From an uncultured Clostridia bacterium (GTDB lineage Bacteria; Bacillota; Clostridia; Christensenellales; UBA1242): a stretch of 61,988 bases of DNA. The DNA is taken from NCBI GenBank assembly GCA_944351415.1, contig CALVPQ010000005.1, forward strand, positions 1 through 61,988, given 5' to 3'. Positions within the stretch are counted from its first letter, which is position 1; each line of letters starts with the position of its first letter. Below, piece by piece: positions 30,953 through 40,868 of this stretch. Under the pieces are notes generated by a model that was not told where the DNA came from, ran no database searches, and worked only from the letters and a program-made list of their open reading frames with translations. A program made the position numbers and the translations under genes.

Positions 30953-30987
30953 AAGATTAATCAAAAACATAATTGATTAATCTTTTT
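30953..30987. terminator. bidirectional terminator between convergent genes
   Basis: 12-bp stem AAGATTAATCAA/TTGATTAATCTT flanked by an A-run and a T-run. Confidence 0.7.
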
Positions 30988-31011
30988 ATTTTAATTATTT
31001 GTTATGTTTAT

Positions 31012-33246
31012 TTAAGCTGCTTGTATTGTTTCAAGACCAAGCACTGCACCTACGTGGTTAACTTGTCCACCTATTGGATAAACCATAAATAGAAGGTTGC
31101 CATCTAGATGGTTAGCTGTTCCAGCATCATTAACAAAAGTTAAACCTGTTCCATTAAACACAGACACATCACCTGCATTAGTCATAAGAACTGGTGCTTG
31201 ATATTGACCAGCAGCTAAAGCTGTATTAACTGTTTGGCTATAAGTTGAGAAAGCCACATTTGTTTGGCTCTCTGCTCCCCAGAGGAAATCACCATAGAGT
31301 GTTTCTTGTGAAGCTAAGTATCCTTGGTCCATAATAAGACATATTAAATTGAGATAATCATTTGTTTCGCCATTAACTTCGCGTTCGTAAACCATAGTGT
31401 TTTGATAGAAACTAAAAGCATAATCCATTTGCATAAGTCTTGTTACTATTGAAGCAGCAACATCACCTTGCATTGCAAACCAAGCTTCGTTTCCAGTTAC
31501 ATAACTTTCAATAACTGTGTTATCATCAATTGTTACGCCAGCATAGCGAACACCCTCATTTGTTTCCATATCGTCTTGTTTTCCATCAGCATCACTTACA
31601 AGGAATATTGCAGGTCCGCCAAAACGTTTGAATTCAGAATTTTCAATTGTTATATTATCAGAAGCAAAAGCAAATAGTGCTGAGTTGAAACAGTCGTAAG
31701 TTTTTACATAATCAAGGTGCATATTACCAACATCATTAAATTGTGTGCTTTCTGGATACCATGCAATAAGAAATTCTTTTGCTATACAATTGTCAACATA
31801 AGTTGTTCCATGCATTGATTTTACAAGAATAAGCCCACCTGATGCGGTAAGAAGTTGATTTTCATCTACACCTTCACCTGCTGAAAGAATATTACCAGTG
31901 TTTCCAATTGTGTTTAAGTTTTTGATTGTTGCACTGTGGGTTGATGTGTTGTCTAGCAGTCCACTAAATGCAAATACTGTTGAGTGCCCTGCTTCATGGT
32001 CGTTAAGACTATCATAAACAAAGCCTGTTTTTCTTGTGTTTGATAAACCTACAGGAATATCAGTAAGGTCTAGCATAAAGTAGTTTCCATTTACAACAAA
32101 GTCATCATCAAGTAAGTGAGAATAAAGGAATGAATAATCTCTTAATGAACCAGCAGCATAACTGCTTTCAGTTGAAGATACAAAAAACTCTTCTGGAAGG
32201 TCGCTTGGTGTTACTTCGATGTTATCATGGAAATATATACCATTTACAGCTGAAAGTTCTGTTCCAAATTTTTCTTGAAGATATTCTTCCCATAAAAGGT
32301 AAAAGCTTCTTTCTTCATAGCCACTTGAACCTGGGAATATTGCTTGTGATGTTGCTCTTGCATATCCAGTTGCATCTACATCTGTAAGATTTATTCTTGC
32401 AAGGTCAAGTGCATCATAGGCATTCCAACCATCTTCAACCTTGAAGGTGAAGGTGACAGGGCTGATTTCTGCGCCATCTGCTGCGGTTGTAAAGTCAGTC
32501 ATAGTCATAACGATTTCAAAGGTATTGCCAACTGCTTGTTCTGTGAAATCAAACTCAAAGTTTGAATATGTATAATAGTTTTCATCACCTGTGACTTCTG
32601 CTCTTGAGCTTCCATCAATAAGGTATACTCTGACATTTACGTTAAAATCGTCTGGAACTACTATACTTATACTACCTGAACTTTTTAGTATATAAGTTAC
32701 GTCTGGCTTGAACTTGAAGGCATTGTCGTCACCTACTGTATAAGCTTCTGTAGTGTTATAGAAAGCATCTTCGTGTGTTGTTGATGAAATGTTTGTTTTA
32801 TAAGTTGTTACAAACTGAGGTTCAAGGAAACTTGCCACGTCATAAATAAGGTTTTGATTATCTGAAACCTCAATATTTCCGAGTGTCCATTCCCCATCAA
32901 AGCCTACAACAGCACAAGTGATAGTGTAGGTTCCTACTGTAAGTGCTCCACCAGTCATAGCTGAAAGCCCATCAGTGTATAGAATGAATTGAGTGTTCTC
33001 TTGAGCTTCTTCCACTGGAACATCAACTTCTTTCACTGTTAGAGTTGCAGCCTCTTCATTATCATAGGTAACATCTAGGGTAACTTCATCAAAACTTACC
33101 GTATCTGTCACGTGATAATAACTTGGCAGATTATTTGCCTGAACTGTTTCAACAGCCTCTGGACCATTATCCCCACAACCGACAGTGAAAATACCTACAA
33201 AGGCAAGAAAGCCAATACAAGCTAAAGATAAAAGTTTCTTTTTCAT
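31012..33246 (-). CDS. large surface lipoprotein (744 aa), function unknown
   Basis: Signal peptide with lipobox FTVGC-GDN. The protein is acidic, T/N/Y-rich and beta-rich, with possible beta-helix-like repeats (NITIENSEFKRFGGPAIFL). Confidence 0.7.
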   Translation of the reverse strand: MKKKLLSLACIGFLAFVGIFTVGCGDNGPEAVETVQANNLPSYYHVTDTVSFDEVTLDVTYDNEEAATLTVKEVDVPVEEAQENTQFILYTDGLSAMTGGALTVGTYTITCAVVGFDGEWTLGNIEVSDNQNLIYDVASFLEPQFVTTYKTNISSTTHEDAFYNTTEAYTVGDDNAFKFKPDVTYILKSSGSISIVVPDDFNVNVRVYLIDGSSRAEVTGDENYYTYSNFEFDFTEQAVGNTFEIVMTMTDFTTAADGAEISPVTFTFKVEDGWNAYDALDLARINLTDVDATGYARATSQAIFPGSSGYEERSFYLLWEEYLQEKFGTELSAVNGIYFHDNIEVTPSDLPEEFFVSSTESSYAAGSLRDYSFLYSHLLDDDFVVNGNYFMLDLTDIPVGLSNTRKTGFVYDSLNDHEAGHSTVFAFSGLLDNTSTHSATIKNLNTIGNTGNILSAGEGVDENQLLTASGGLILVKSMHGTTYVDNCIAKEFLIAWYPESTQFNDVGNMHLDYVKTYDCFNSALFAFASDNITIENSEFKRFGGPAIFLVSDADGKQDDMETNEGVRYAGVTIDDNTVIESYVTGNEAWFAMQGDVAASIVTRLMQMDYAFSFYQNTMVYEREVNGETNDYLNLICLIMDQGYLASQETLYGDFLWGAESQTNVAFSTYSQTVNTALAAGQYQAPVLMTNAGDVSVFNGTGLTFVNDAGTANHLDGNLLFMVYPIGGQVNHVGAVLGLETIQAA

Positions 33247-33336
33247 AGTATCTCCTTTTAATATGCATATTTTAGCATATTATTTGCAAAAATCTAAATA
33301 AATAATTAACATTTTTAAAATTTTTTTTTAATGTTA

Positions 33337-33762
33337 CTATAAGCATACAATTGTAACAGTATCGGAAAGCTTAGAACCATCGGTGGTTGTGATTGTAAGA
33401 CGCACTGTTCTAGGAGAGAAGAAAATCACCTCTCCTGTTTGCGATACTTGAGCATAATAGCCAGTTGTGCCATCTTCATTAGTGTATGTATTGTTTATAA
33501 GTGAAAAACTTACACCATCAGGGTATGAAGCATTGGTTGGGGTATAAGAATATTCTATTATCACACTGCTATAACCTTCCGTTTCATTAAATTGCAAGGT
33601 TAAATATTTATTTTGACCAACTATTTGGTCGTAGTTTGTTATAGAAATCGACGTCATATAAACTTGAAATTGGTCAACAGAAATTTGCAACCCAAAAAAG
33701 GTTACAACTATAACTGATATTAGATAAATCACACCTATTAAAAATATAACCGACTTTTTCAT
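33337..33762 (-). CDS. small membrane-anchored extracellular protein (141 aa)
   Basis: A single N-terminal TM helix followed by a T/S/Y-rich beta-type domain. Its start codon abuts the stop of the upstream permease. Confidence 0.6.
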   Translation of the reverse strand: MKKSVIFLIGVIYLISVIVVTFFGLQISVDQFQVYMTSISITNYDQIVGQNKYLTLQFNETEGYSSVIIEYSYTPTNASYPDGVSFSLINNTYTNEDGTTGYYAQVSQTGEVIFFSPRTVRLTITTTDGSKLSDTVTIVCL

Positions 33763-35406
33763 TTATATCTCCCTAAACAAAACCTTTGTTTTATAATAAA
33801 ATAAATAACATCTAAGAACAAGAAAAGCAAGAGCGACAAAGAAAAGTTTTATCCAAACACCACCCAAGCCGTCCATCAAGAAAAATAGAGCAAGCCCAAA
33901 GCAAAGCATACTTAAAATAAAAGCAAGAATGGTGGACTTAATTTCATTTGAATTTACAGTTACCACACCCTCTAACTTATACTTATTATTTTTAGGATTA
34001 AGAAAGTCAAGTTCGGCAGACCAAAGCAGATGAACTATCATAATAAACCACATCATAAAGAAAACAAATATGCCATTTCCGCCTAAGTTTGTTTTTGCTA
34101 GAAAGATAGATGAAGTTACAATAAGGATTAAAGTGCTTGTTATAAAGTTATAGAACAAATATGGCAATAAAATTTGAAGTGGCTTTTTGGGTTTTGTTTT
34201 GTTTAGCATACCTGCCTCTCCATCTCTGCTGAAAATATATGAAACACTTATGTTGTGTGCCAAGACGAATAATAATATCACCAGTATATTAAAAGATATT
34301 GTTAAATAATCCCCCATAAGACGAGTGTTTATTGCCGAATAAATTGCATTTAATAGCAAAATGGCAATAGGTGCAATCACTGCCGTTGATAAAGTTACAG
34401 TTAAAACACTTGAATTTCTAAGAGATTTTTTACATTCATATAAACAACTTGAAAATAATCCACCATATTGATAGTTTGGCTTGTTTTTCCTTTCTTTGGT
34501 GTTATCAAATTCAAACTGACGAGAAGCCATTTTTAAATACAGTGGTCTTGATATTAGAAAGTTTAAAAGAGCAAGAACTAAAATCACTGCAATCATCACT
34601 AAAAGAACAATATAGGAATACTCTGTGAAGAAGGTGACTTGCAGATTATCATAACTGCCACATAGAAAGATTACAAAAGCATAAAAAATAAAGAATTTAT
34701 CGCTAAACCATGATAAAAACTCGCGTATTACCCTAGAGACTGAGCGCCAGCTTTGAATAAGATTTATATCCTCTGGAATCGCAGCAATTGCATAAACAAC
34801 AAGAGTTATTACAAGTGCTAATATAACAAACAATAGAGCATACTTTAAAAAAGAATATCTATTTAAAAAACGTATAATAAAGTTTACTGGGAAGGATAAA
34901 AGCCCACCTATTAGCACTGGAATAAGTGTATAGACTGTTATCATTACAGGAAGCCATAGAAAATAATATATTGGCAACCCGGAAAGCAGACCATAAGCAA
35001 AAAATATTGGCACAACGAAGGTGAAACTACGTTTTACTTCATTAATATAAAAGACAACAAGTTTTGATAAAAATAGACAACTTGAATTAACTGGATATGT
35101 AAGAAAAATTTGATTATCTTTAGCATAGTATAAAGTTTTGCTAAGTCCTATCATACATGTAAACAGACTAATCAAAAATATCACAGTAAAAATCACACTC
35201 ATAAGACTGATAGGAAGATGATTGATTGCTGAAAAAATATTAAGTCTTTGGCAAAGATACAAAACTACATAGGCAAGGGCTGTTACTGCAACAAAACCAA
35301 GGAGTGCAAAAATAACTTTAAAAAGCAATTGTTTTTTACTTTTTAAAAATGATAAGTCTATCTTTTCTTTAAGTTGCATAAGCACCAGTGTTTTAAATTT
35401 ATTCAT
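33763..35406 (-). CDS. polytopic membrane protein, putative ABC-exporter permease component
   Basis: 547 aa with at least 10 hydrophobic helices. It lies immediately downstream of an ABC ATPase-containing gene. Confidence 0.65.
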   Translation of the reverse strand: MNKFKTLVLMQLKEKIDLSFLKSKKQLLFKVIFALLGFVAVTALAYVVLYLCQRLNIFSAINHLPISLMSVIFTVIFLISLFTCMIGLSKTLYYAKDNQIFLTYPVNSSCLFLSKLVVFYINEVKRSFTFVVPIFFAYGLLSGLPIYYFLWLPVMITVYTLIPVLIGGLLSFPVNFIIRFLNRYSFLKYALLFVILALVITLVVYAIAAIPEDINLIQSWRSVSRVIREFLSWFSDKFFIFYAFVIFLCGSYDNLQVTFFTEYSYIVLLVMIAVILVLALLNFLISRPLYLKMASRQFEFDNTKERKNKPNYQYGGLFSSCLYECKKSLRNSSVLTVTLSTAVIAPIAILLLNAIYSAINTRLMGDYLTISFNILVILLFVLAHNISVSYIFSRDGEAGMLNKTKPKKPLQILLPYLFYNFITSTLILIVTSSIFLAKTNLGGNGIFVFFMMWFIMIVHLLWSAELDFLNPKNNKYKLEGVVTVNSNEIKSTILAFILSMLCFGLALFFLMDGLGGVWIKLFFVALAFLVLRCYLFYYKTKVLFREI

Positions 35407-35453
35407 TGCCCTACATTTACCTTTTACTTGATTTTTTATAATTTCAATTAATT

Positions 35454-37892
35454 TTATTTTTTTGAATTATTTTCGTTTTTTTCTGTATTTTTATCTACTT
35501 TTTTCACATTTTCATCAACTTTTTCTACATTTTCATCTGTTTTTTCTACTTTTTTATTTTTATCTTCCGAATTTTCGTCTGACAATTGATTTCTTGTTTT
35601 TGCCAATTTTTTCTGTTTTCTTTTCTCTTTAAATCTTTTCAACCAACTCTCTTTTTCTTCAAAAAATTTGCTTTCAGCTGGCGGAGAAGAAATTTCTTTT
35701 TCCTCTACCATCTGTGCATCAATATCATCGCTCTCTATTAAATTGAGATAATATTTTTCAAGGCTAATTTTTTTCTTCTTAAGTTCTTTAAGAGTGGCAC
35801 TTTCTATGATTTGTCCATTTTTTATAATGACTATTCTATCACAAAGTTTTTCAACAATATCTATAATATGACTGGAAAAGAACACTATATTGCCCTTCTT
35901 GGCATGTTCCTTCATACACTCTTTAAGCTCAAAGATAGAATTAGGGTCAAGCCCAGTAAAAGGCTCGTCTAATATCCACAATTTTGGTTCATGCACAAGA
36001 GCAGCAATAATGGTAATTTTTTGTTTCATTCCGTGTGAATAAGTTCTGATTTTATTATCAAAAGCTTCTTTTAAATTTAAAATGGTGACATATTTTTCTA
36101 TACGCTCTTGACGGTCTTCTTCGCTTACACCATAAATATCGGCTATATAGTTTATATATTCTCTTCCAGTTAGGTTTTCATAAAGTGCGTAATGGTCTGG
36201 CACATAACCAAACTGCTGTTTTGCCTGCAAAGGCTGTTTTTCAATATCATAACCATTAATTTCTATACTACCCTTACTAAGTGGCTGTATGCCTACAATA
36301 CACTTTATAAGTGTGCTTTTACCCGCACCATTTGAACCTAAAAAGCCAAGAATCTCGCCTGCATTAATTTCAAACGAAGCATCGGCTAGTGAATATTTTT
36401 TGTTGTTTCCATATCTTTTATAGGCATTTGTAACAACAAGTTTATTAACACTTTCGCTATTCATACAACTATCAACCTCCTTTTGACCATATTTTAAACA
36501 AAGTATATTTTCATCAAGTTTGATTTTTTTATTTTTTTCAGCAAGTCTATAATAAAAGTCTTGAAATTGGAAGAGCCAAACATACAAAAACCACATTCCA
36601 AGTCCCAAAATAACATAAACCACAAAAAATAAAAATTGATATAATGGATAAAATGTGAAGGTAAGCGAACCAATATTAAAAGACCAAATATAGTTTCTTG
36701 TGTTTTCTGCCCATCGTCCAAGCTTTGAAACAATAAAGTCAGAATTTAAAAAGAAGAAGTCAACCGATGTGTCGTAATTTTCAAACCATGCATTTACAAT
36801 TAATACCAGTAAAAAATAAATTAAAAATCCAATCATCGAATATTTGAATTCACGTAGCTTTGGTCGTTTGTATATTCCTAGAAGAATAATTAAAACTGGC
36901 ATTATAAATGCCATAGAGTGATTTATCCAAAATCTGACAACATTTGGAACAAAGAAACCAAAATTATCATTATAATTAGGCATGAGCATTGCAAGAAATG
37001 CACCTAGCACATTTATAAATAAGGTGAAATAGAAGAGTTTATCAAGTCTAAAAATCAAGCATAATGGAACTATAAACATGGCGGTGTTACAAAGGTGAAG
37101 AGGCCAACGTGTTGGCTGAATAAATATGGCAAAATCATAATTATAGCAATAAGACACCATGGTTACTAATGAAATATATAATAATGCCATGCGGATATAT
37201 TCTCTATCTTTAACCCTTTTTAATAGAAAATACATTACTATTAAAAAGATAAAAGCAAGGTAAAGATAAACTCTATGATAGAAAGATAGATTTTTTATAT
37301 CGGTGGTATTAAAATTTCCAAAAAAAGCCTGAGGCAGATATGGTGGAACGGATAAAATTAGCACTACTGGTAATGCAATAAGCATCTCTATAAGGTCTTT
37401 TTTAGACATTTTTAAAAAATTGTTTGTGATGAAAAGATAAAGACTATATAAAAGAGAAAGTGCCACTTCTATTGCCAAAAATGCTCCAGCAAAGGTGATA
37501 TTATAACTGCCTGTTTGTGAGTATATCAGTTGCAAGAGCATTCCACTATTAACAATATTTACAAATAGACAAAATGTTTTTGCATAATTCTTAAGAATAT
37601 TATACTTAAAAAATGGTTGTAAAATCAGTATAACTACCGAGGCTATAGAAAACCACATCTGCAAACAAACAATAGCACAAAGAAAGGAAGAATTAAAAGG
37701 GCTGTTTTCTTTTAATGAAACCACTCCATTTAAAAGATTGTCCGAGGCAAGATAACGAATAAAAAAAACTAGTGCTAAAAATAAAGATAGCCCTTTCATG
37801 ACAATATTTTGTTTTTTATCAATCTGTTTCTTAAAAATAAAATATAATGCAATAACAACAACAATTGTTGCTCCATAAATTATGTAGCCCAT
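35454..37892 (-). CDS. fusion protein: polytopic membrane domain (YwaF/TMEM164-like) + ABC transporter ATP-binding domain + charged repeat tail
   Basis: Residues ~1-460 have many TM helices and include RWPLHLCNTAMF, similar to the LPLHLC motif of the YwaF family. Residues ~480-720 carry Walker A GSNGAGKST, signature SHGMKQK and Walker B LWILDEP. The C-terminus has VEKTDENVEKVDENVKKVDKN repeats. Confidence 0.75.
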   Translation of the reverse strand: MGYIIYGATIVVVIALYFIFKKQIDKKQNIVMKGLSLFLALVFFIRYLASDNLLNGVVSLKENSPFNSSFLCAIVCLQMWFSIASVVILILQPFFKYNILKNYAKTFCLFVNIVNSGMLLQLIYSQTGSYNITFAGAFLAIEVALSLLYSLYLFITNNFLKMSKKDLIEMLIALPVVLILSVPPYLPQAFFGNFNTTDIKNLSFYHRVYLYLAFIFLIVMYFLLKRVKDREYIRMALLYISLVTMVSYCYNYDFAIFIQPTRWPLHLCNTAMFIVPLCLIFRLDKLFYFTLFINVLGAFLAMLMPNYNDNFGFFVPNVVRFWINHSMAFIMPVLIILLGIYKRPKLREFKYSMIGFLIYFLLVLIVNAWFENYDTSVDFFFLNSDFIVSKLGRWAENTRNYIWSFNIGSLTFTFYPLYQFLFFVVYVILGLGMWFLYVWLFQFQDFYYRLAEKNKKIKLDENILCLKYGQKEVDSCMNSESVNKLVVTNAYKRYGNNKKYSLADASFEINAGEILGFLGSNGAGKSTLIKCIVGIQPLSKGSIEINGYDIEKQPLQAKQQFGYVPDHYALYENLTGREYINYIADIYGVSEEDRQERIEKYVTILNLKEAFDNKIRTYSHGMKQKITIIAALVHEPKLWILDEPFTGLDPNSIFELKECMKEHAKKGNIVFFSSHIIDIVEKLCDRIVIIKNGQIIESATLKELKKKKISLEKYYLNLIESDDIDAQMVEEKEISSPPAESKFFEEKESWLKRFKEKRKQKKLAKTRNQLSDENSEDKNKKVEKTDENVEKVDENVKKVDKNTEKNENNSKK

Positions 37893-38199
37893 TCGACACC
37901 TTTAACTTCACTATTTTAACACAATATTCTTATTATGTCAAGATATAACAAAATAAATTATAATAACAAAAAAAAATATTTTTTTCAAAGCTATAGAAAG
38001 TATGTTTATATTTGTTTGAAAATATTGATTTTTAAAAATTATATGAGTTTTTAAAGTTTACTTAAACAGACTTTCATTATAAAAGGCTGTATTTCTAGTT
38101 TATATTATCTTAGCAGAAATAAATCACATAAAAATTTGAATAAACCAACACATTTATGTTTTTATGTTGGATATATTTTAGAAAATTTATATTACAATT

Positions 38200-38230
38200 A
38201 TAATGTAAAAAACAACTAGTGTTGCTTTAA
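38200..38230. promoter_or_regulatory. candidate TetR operator (copy B) overlapping the ABC operon promoter/5' UTR
   Basis: ATAATGTAAAAAACAACTAGTGTTGCTTTAA begins inside a TATAAT -10 box and ends at the AAGGAG RBS of 38243. It is 28/31 identical to 26456-26486. Confidence 0.6.
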
Positions 38231-38242
38231 AAGGAGAAAAAA

Positions 38243-39145
38243 GTGAATGCAATAGAAATTAGAAATCTAAGCAAGAGTTTTCGTCGTCTTTGTGCAGTTG
38301 ACGGACTTAATATGACCGTTCCAGTTGGTGCAATCTATGGCTTTATTGGCGAGAATGGAAGTGGTAAATCTACAACTGAAAAACTAATTTGTGGGCATCT
38401 TGTTAAAGATTCTGGCGAAATTAAACTCTTTGGAAAGGACTACACTGACCCCGGTGTGAGAGCAAAAGTTGGTGCACTTATTGAAAATGCCGGTTGTTTT
38501 CCAAATTCAAGTGTTTGGGATAATCTTATGATGCAGGCAATTAATCTTGGTTTAAAAAATCCTTCTGAAGAAATTAATCGTGTGCTTAAAATCGTGAGAA
38601 TGGAAAATTCAGCAAAAACTAAATTTAAAAACTGCTCTCTTGGTATGAAACAGCGAATTGGAATTGCTATGGCACTTCTTGGAGAGCCTGCTCTTCTTAT
38701 TCTTGACGAGCCAATAAATGGGCTTGACACCGACGGAATGAGAATTATGCGTGAAATACTTGTGGACATTACACAAAACTATAACTGCACCATTCTTATT
38801 TCCTCTCATATTTTGGGAGAACTTGAAAAAATTGCCACTCATTACGGAATAATTCGCCAAGGCAAAATGATACAAGAACTTTCGGCAAAAGAAATGGAGG
38901 CACGTTCTAGAGTTTTTGTCTCTCTAAAAGTGGATAACATCAAAAAAGCAATTGAGGTTTTATCTAAAAAATTTAAGAATGTTAAACTTGAAGAAGATTA
39001 TCTTCGAGTTTACGACGAAGAAAATACCGAAGAGATTATTAGCTGTCTTTTAGAAAATGGAATTAATGTTAGCCAGATGAAGAAAAACAAAGTTGGGCTT
39101 GAAGAATACTATATTGAACTTATGAGTAAAAAGGAGGCAGAATAA
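38243..39145 (+). CDS. ABC transporter ATP-binding protein (lantibiotic/bacitracin-protection type), copy 1
   Basis: GTG start after an AAGGAG RBS. Walker A GENGSGKST, signature SLGMKQR, Walker B LLILDEP. Confidence 0.88.
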   Translation: MNAIEIRNLSKSFRRLCAVDGLNMTVPVGAIYGFIGENGSGKSTTEKLICGHLVKDSGEIKLFGKDYTDPGVRAKVGALIENAGCFPNSSVWDNLMMQAINLGLKNPSEEINRVLKIVRMENSAKTKFKNCSLGMKQRIGIAMALLGEPALLILDEPINGLDTDGMRIMREILVDITQNYNCTILISSHILGELEKIATHYGIIRQGKMIQELSAKEMEARSRVFVSLKVDNIKKAIEVLSKKFKNVKLEEDYLRVYDEENTEEIISCLLENGINVSQMKKNKVGLEEYYIELMSKKEAE

Positions 39146-39146
39146 A

Positions 39147-39959
39147 ATGGATAAAGAAAAAACACTAGATTTTAAATCGCCATCTTTCTTTCAAAGACTA
39201 AAAGGAATGCTTGGAGTTGACTTCTATAGACTTTTTCACACACCTATGTTTTATATCTTTCTTGGCATTGCCGCTATTATTCCTGCTCTCGTTTCCATGG
39301 GAAACACTGGAGAAACCGCAGGACTATTTACAAATGCTTGGCAAATTATCGCTTCCGATAGCCCACTTTATGTGGTAAATAACATTGGCCAATATGCAAA
39401 TATGAATATGGTGTTTATCTTTGGTGGAATAATGATTTCTATTTTTATTGGTCATGATTATAAAAGTGGTTATGTTAAACAACTTTTTACCACTCATGCA
39501 AAAAAGCAAGATTATATGATGTCTAAAACGACAGTTGGTGCATTTTCCATGATATGTATGTGTGGAACTTATCTAATAGGCGGAGTTTTATCTGCCCTAT
39601 TCACAGGACTGCCTTTCACAGTAAATGCAGGCTCTCTTATCTGCGCACTGCTTGGCAAACTTATTATGAGCTTAGGCTGGGCAAGTTTATATACCTTTAT
39701 TAATGTGATTTTCCGTAGAAAGTTTGGCATTTCAATTGCTCTTTGTTTTGTGCTAGGAACAGGAATCCCTGTGATTGGTGCTGCCGCTCTATTTGGTAAT
39801 AGCCCTGTGCTTAATATATTTTTATATGGCTCTTCGGTAAATGCTTGTTTATCTGCAAATTTTGTGACAGTTATAATTTGTTTGGCAGTTTCGACTGCAT
39901 GGGCAGTTATATATAATTTACTTGGCTCGTGGATACTATCAAAACGCGATGTCTATTAA
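39147..39959 (+). CDS. ABC-2 type permease, copy 1
   Basis: 6-TM protein translationally coupled to the ATPase. GHDYKSGYVKQLFT motif is shared with copy 2. Confidence 0.75.
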   Translation: MDKEKTLDFKSPSFFQRLKGMLGVDFYRLFHTPMFYIFLGIAAIIPALVSMGNTGETAGLFTNAWQIIASDSPLYVVNNIGQYANMNMVFIFGGIMISIFIGHDYKSGYVKQLFTTHAKKQDYMMSKTTVGAFSMICMCGTYLIGGVLSALFTGLPFTVNAGSLICALLGKLIMSLGWASLYTFINVIFRRKFGISIALCFVLGTGIPVIGAAALFGNSPVLNIFLYGSSVNACLSANFVTVIICLAVSTAWAVIYNLLGSWILSKRDVY

Positions 39960-39971
39960 AGGAGATAAATT

Positions 39972-40868
39972 ATGAACGCAATTGAAATTAAAAATTTAAC
40001 AAAGACCTTTGGACAAAAAATAGCAGTTGATGGACTTAATATGACTGTTCCTGTTGGTGCAATCTATGGTTTCATTGGGGAAAACGGAAGTGGTAAATCT
40101 ACAACTGAAAAACTTATCTGCGGACTGCTTGTGCCAGATGGCGGAGAAATCAAGCTGTTTGGAAGAGATTATACCGACCAAGATGTGCGTGCAAAAATTG
40201 GCGTGCTTATTGAACAACCCGGTTGTTTTCCAAATATGAGTGTTTGGAATAATATGATGCTTCAAGCCACTAACCTTTCCATCAAAAATCCTGAAGAAGA
40301 AGTGAGAAAAGTTTTAAAAATTGTGCGAATGGAGGGCTCTGCATCGAACAAATTTAAAAATTGCTCTCTTGGTATGAAACAGCGAATTGGAATTGCTTTT
40401 GCACTTCTTGGAGAACCTGCCCTTTTAATTTTAGATGAGCCAATCAACGGACTTGATGCAGACGGCATGCGAATTATGAGAGAAGTTTTGGTGGATATAA
40501 CTAAAAATTATAACTGCACTGTGCTTATTTCTTCTCACATTTTGGGCGAACTTGAAAAAATAGCCTCGCATTATGGAATTATTCGTGATGGGGAAATGAT
40601 TAAACAGATGACTGCAGAAGAACTTGATAAAAACTGCCCAACTTATGTTGCCTTAAAGTCAAAAAATATGGCACAAACAAAAATGTTACTTGAAAAAAAA
40701 TATTCTCGTATTAAAGAAGAGAATGAATATTTGCGAGTTTATGATGATGTTAAGGCAGAAGAAATTGTGAATTATCTTTATAAGAACAATATATTTGTTA
40801 CTGAAATTAAAACAGATAAAATAAGTTTAGAAGAATACTATATAGATTTAATGAAGGAGGCAAAATAA
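39972..40868 (+). CDS. ABC transporter ATP-binding protein, copy 2 (paralog of 38243..39145)
   Basis: Long identical stretches with copy 1 (VDGLNMTVPVGAIYGFIGENGSGKSTTEKLICG, FKNCSLGMKQRIGIA, LGEPALLILDEPINGLD). Confidence 0.88.
   Translation: MNAIEIKNLTKTFGQKIAVDGLNMTVPVGAIYGFIGENGSGKSTTEKLICGLLVPDGGEIKLFGRDYTDQDVRAKIGVLIEQPGCFPNMSVWNNMMLQATNLSIKNPEEEVRKVLKIVRMEGSASNKFKNCSLGMKQRIGIAFALLGEPALLILDEPINGLDADGMRIMREVLVDITKNYNCTVLISSHILGELEKIASHYGIIRDGEMIKQMTAEELDKNCPTYVALKSKNMAQTKMLLEKKYSRIKEENEYLRVYDDVKAEEIVNYLYKNNIFVTEIKTDKISLEEYYIDLMKEAK

Noticed and set aside
35460-35570. Short degenerate tandem repeats (ACATTTTCATC..TTTTTCT) that might suggest a CRISPR or VNTR array.
   Set aside because: The units are about 18-21 nt and degenerate, there are no unique spacers, and they lie in frame within the C-terminal tail of the 812-aa ORF (VEKVDEN repeats). 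No CRISPR array was seen anywhere in the window.
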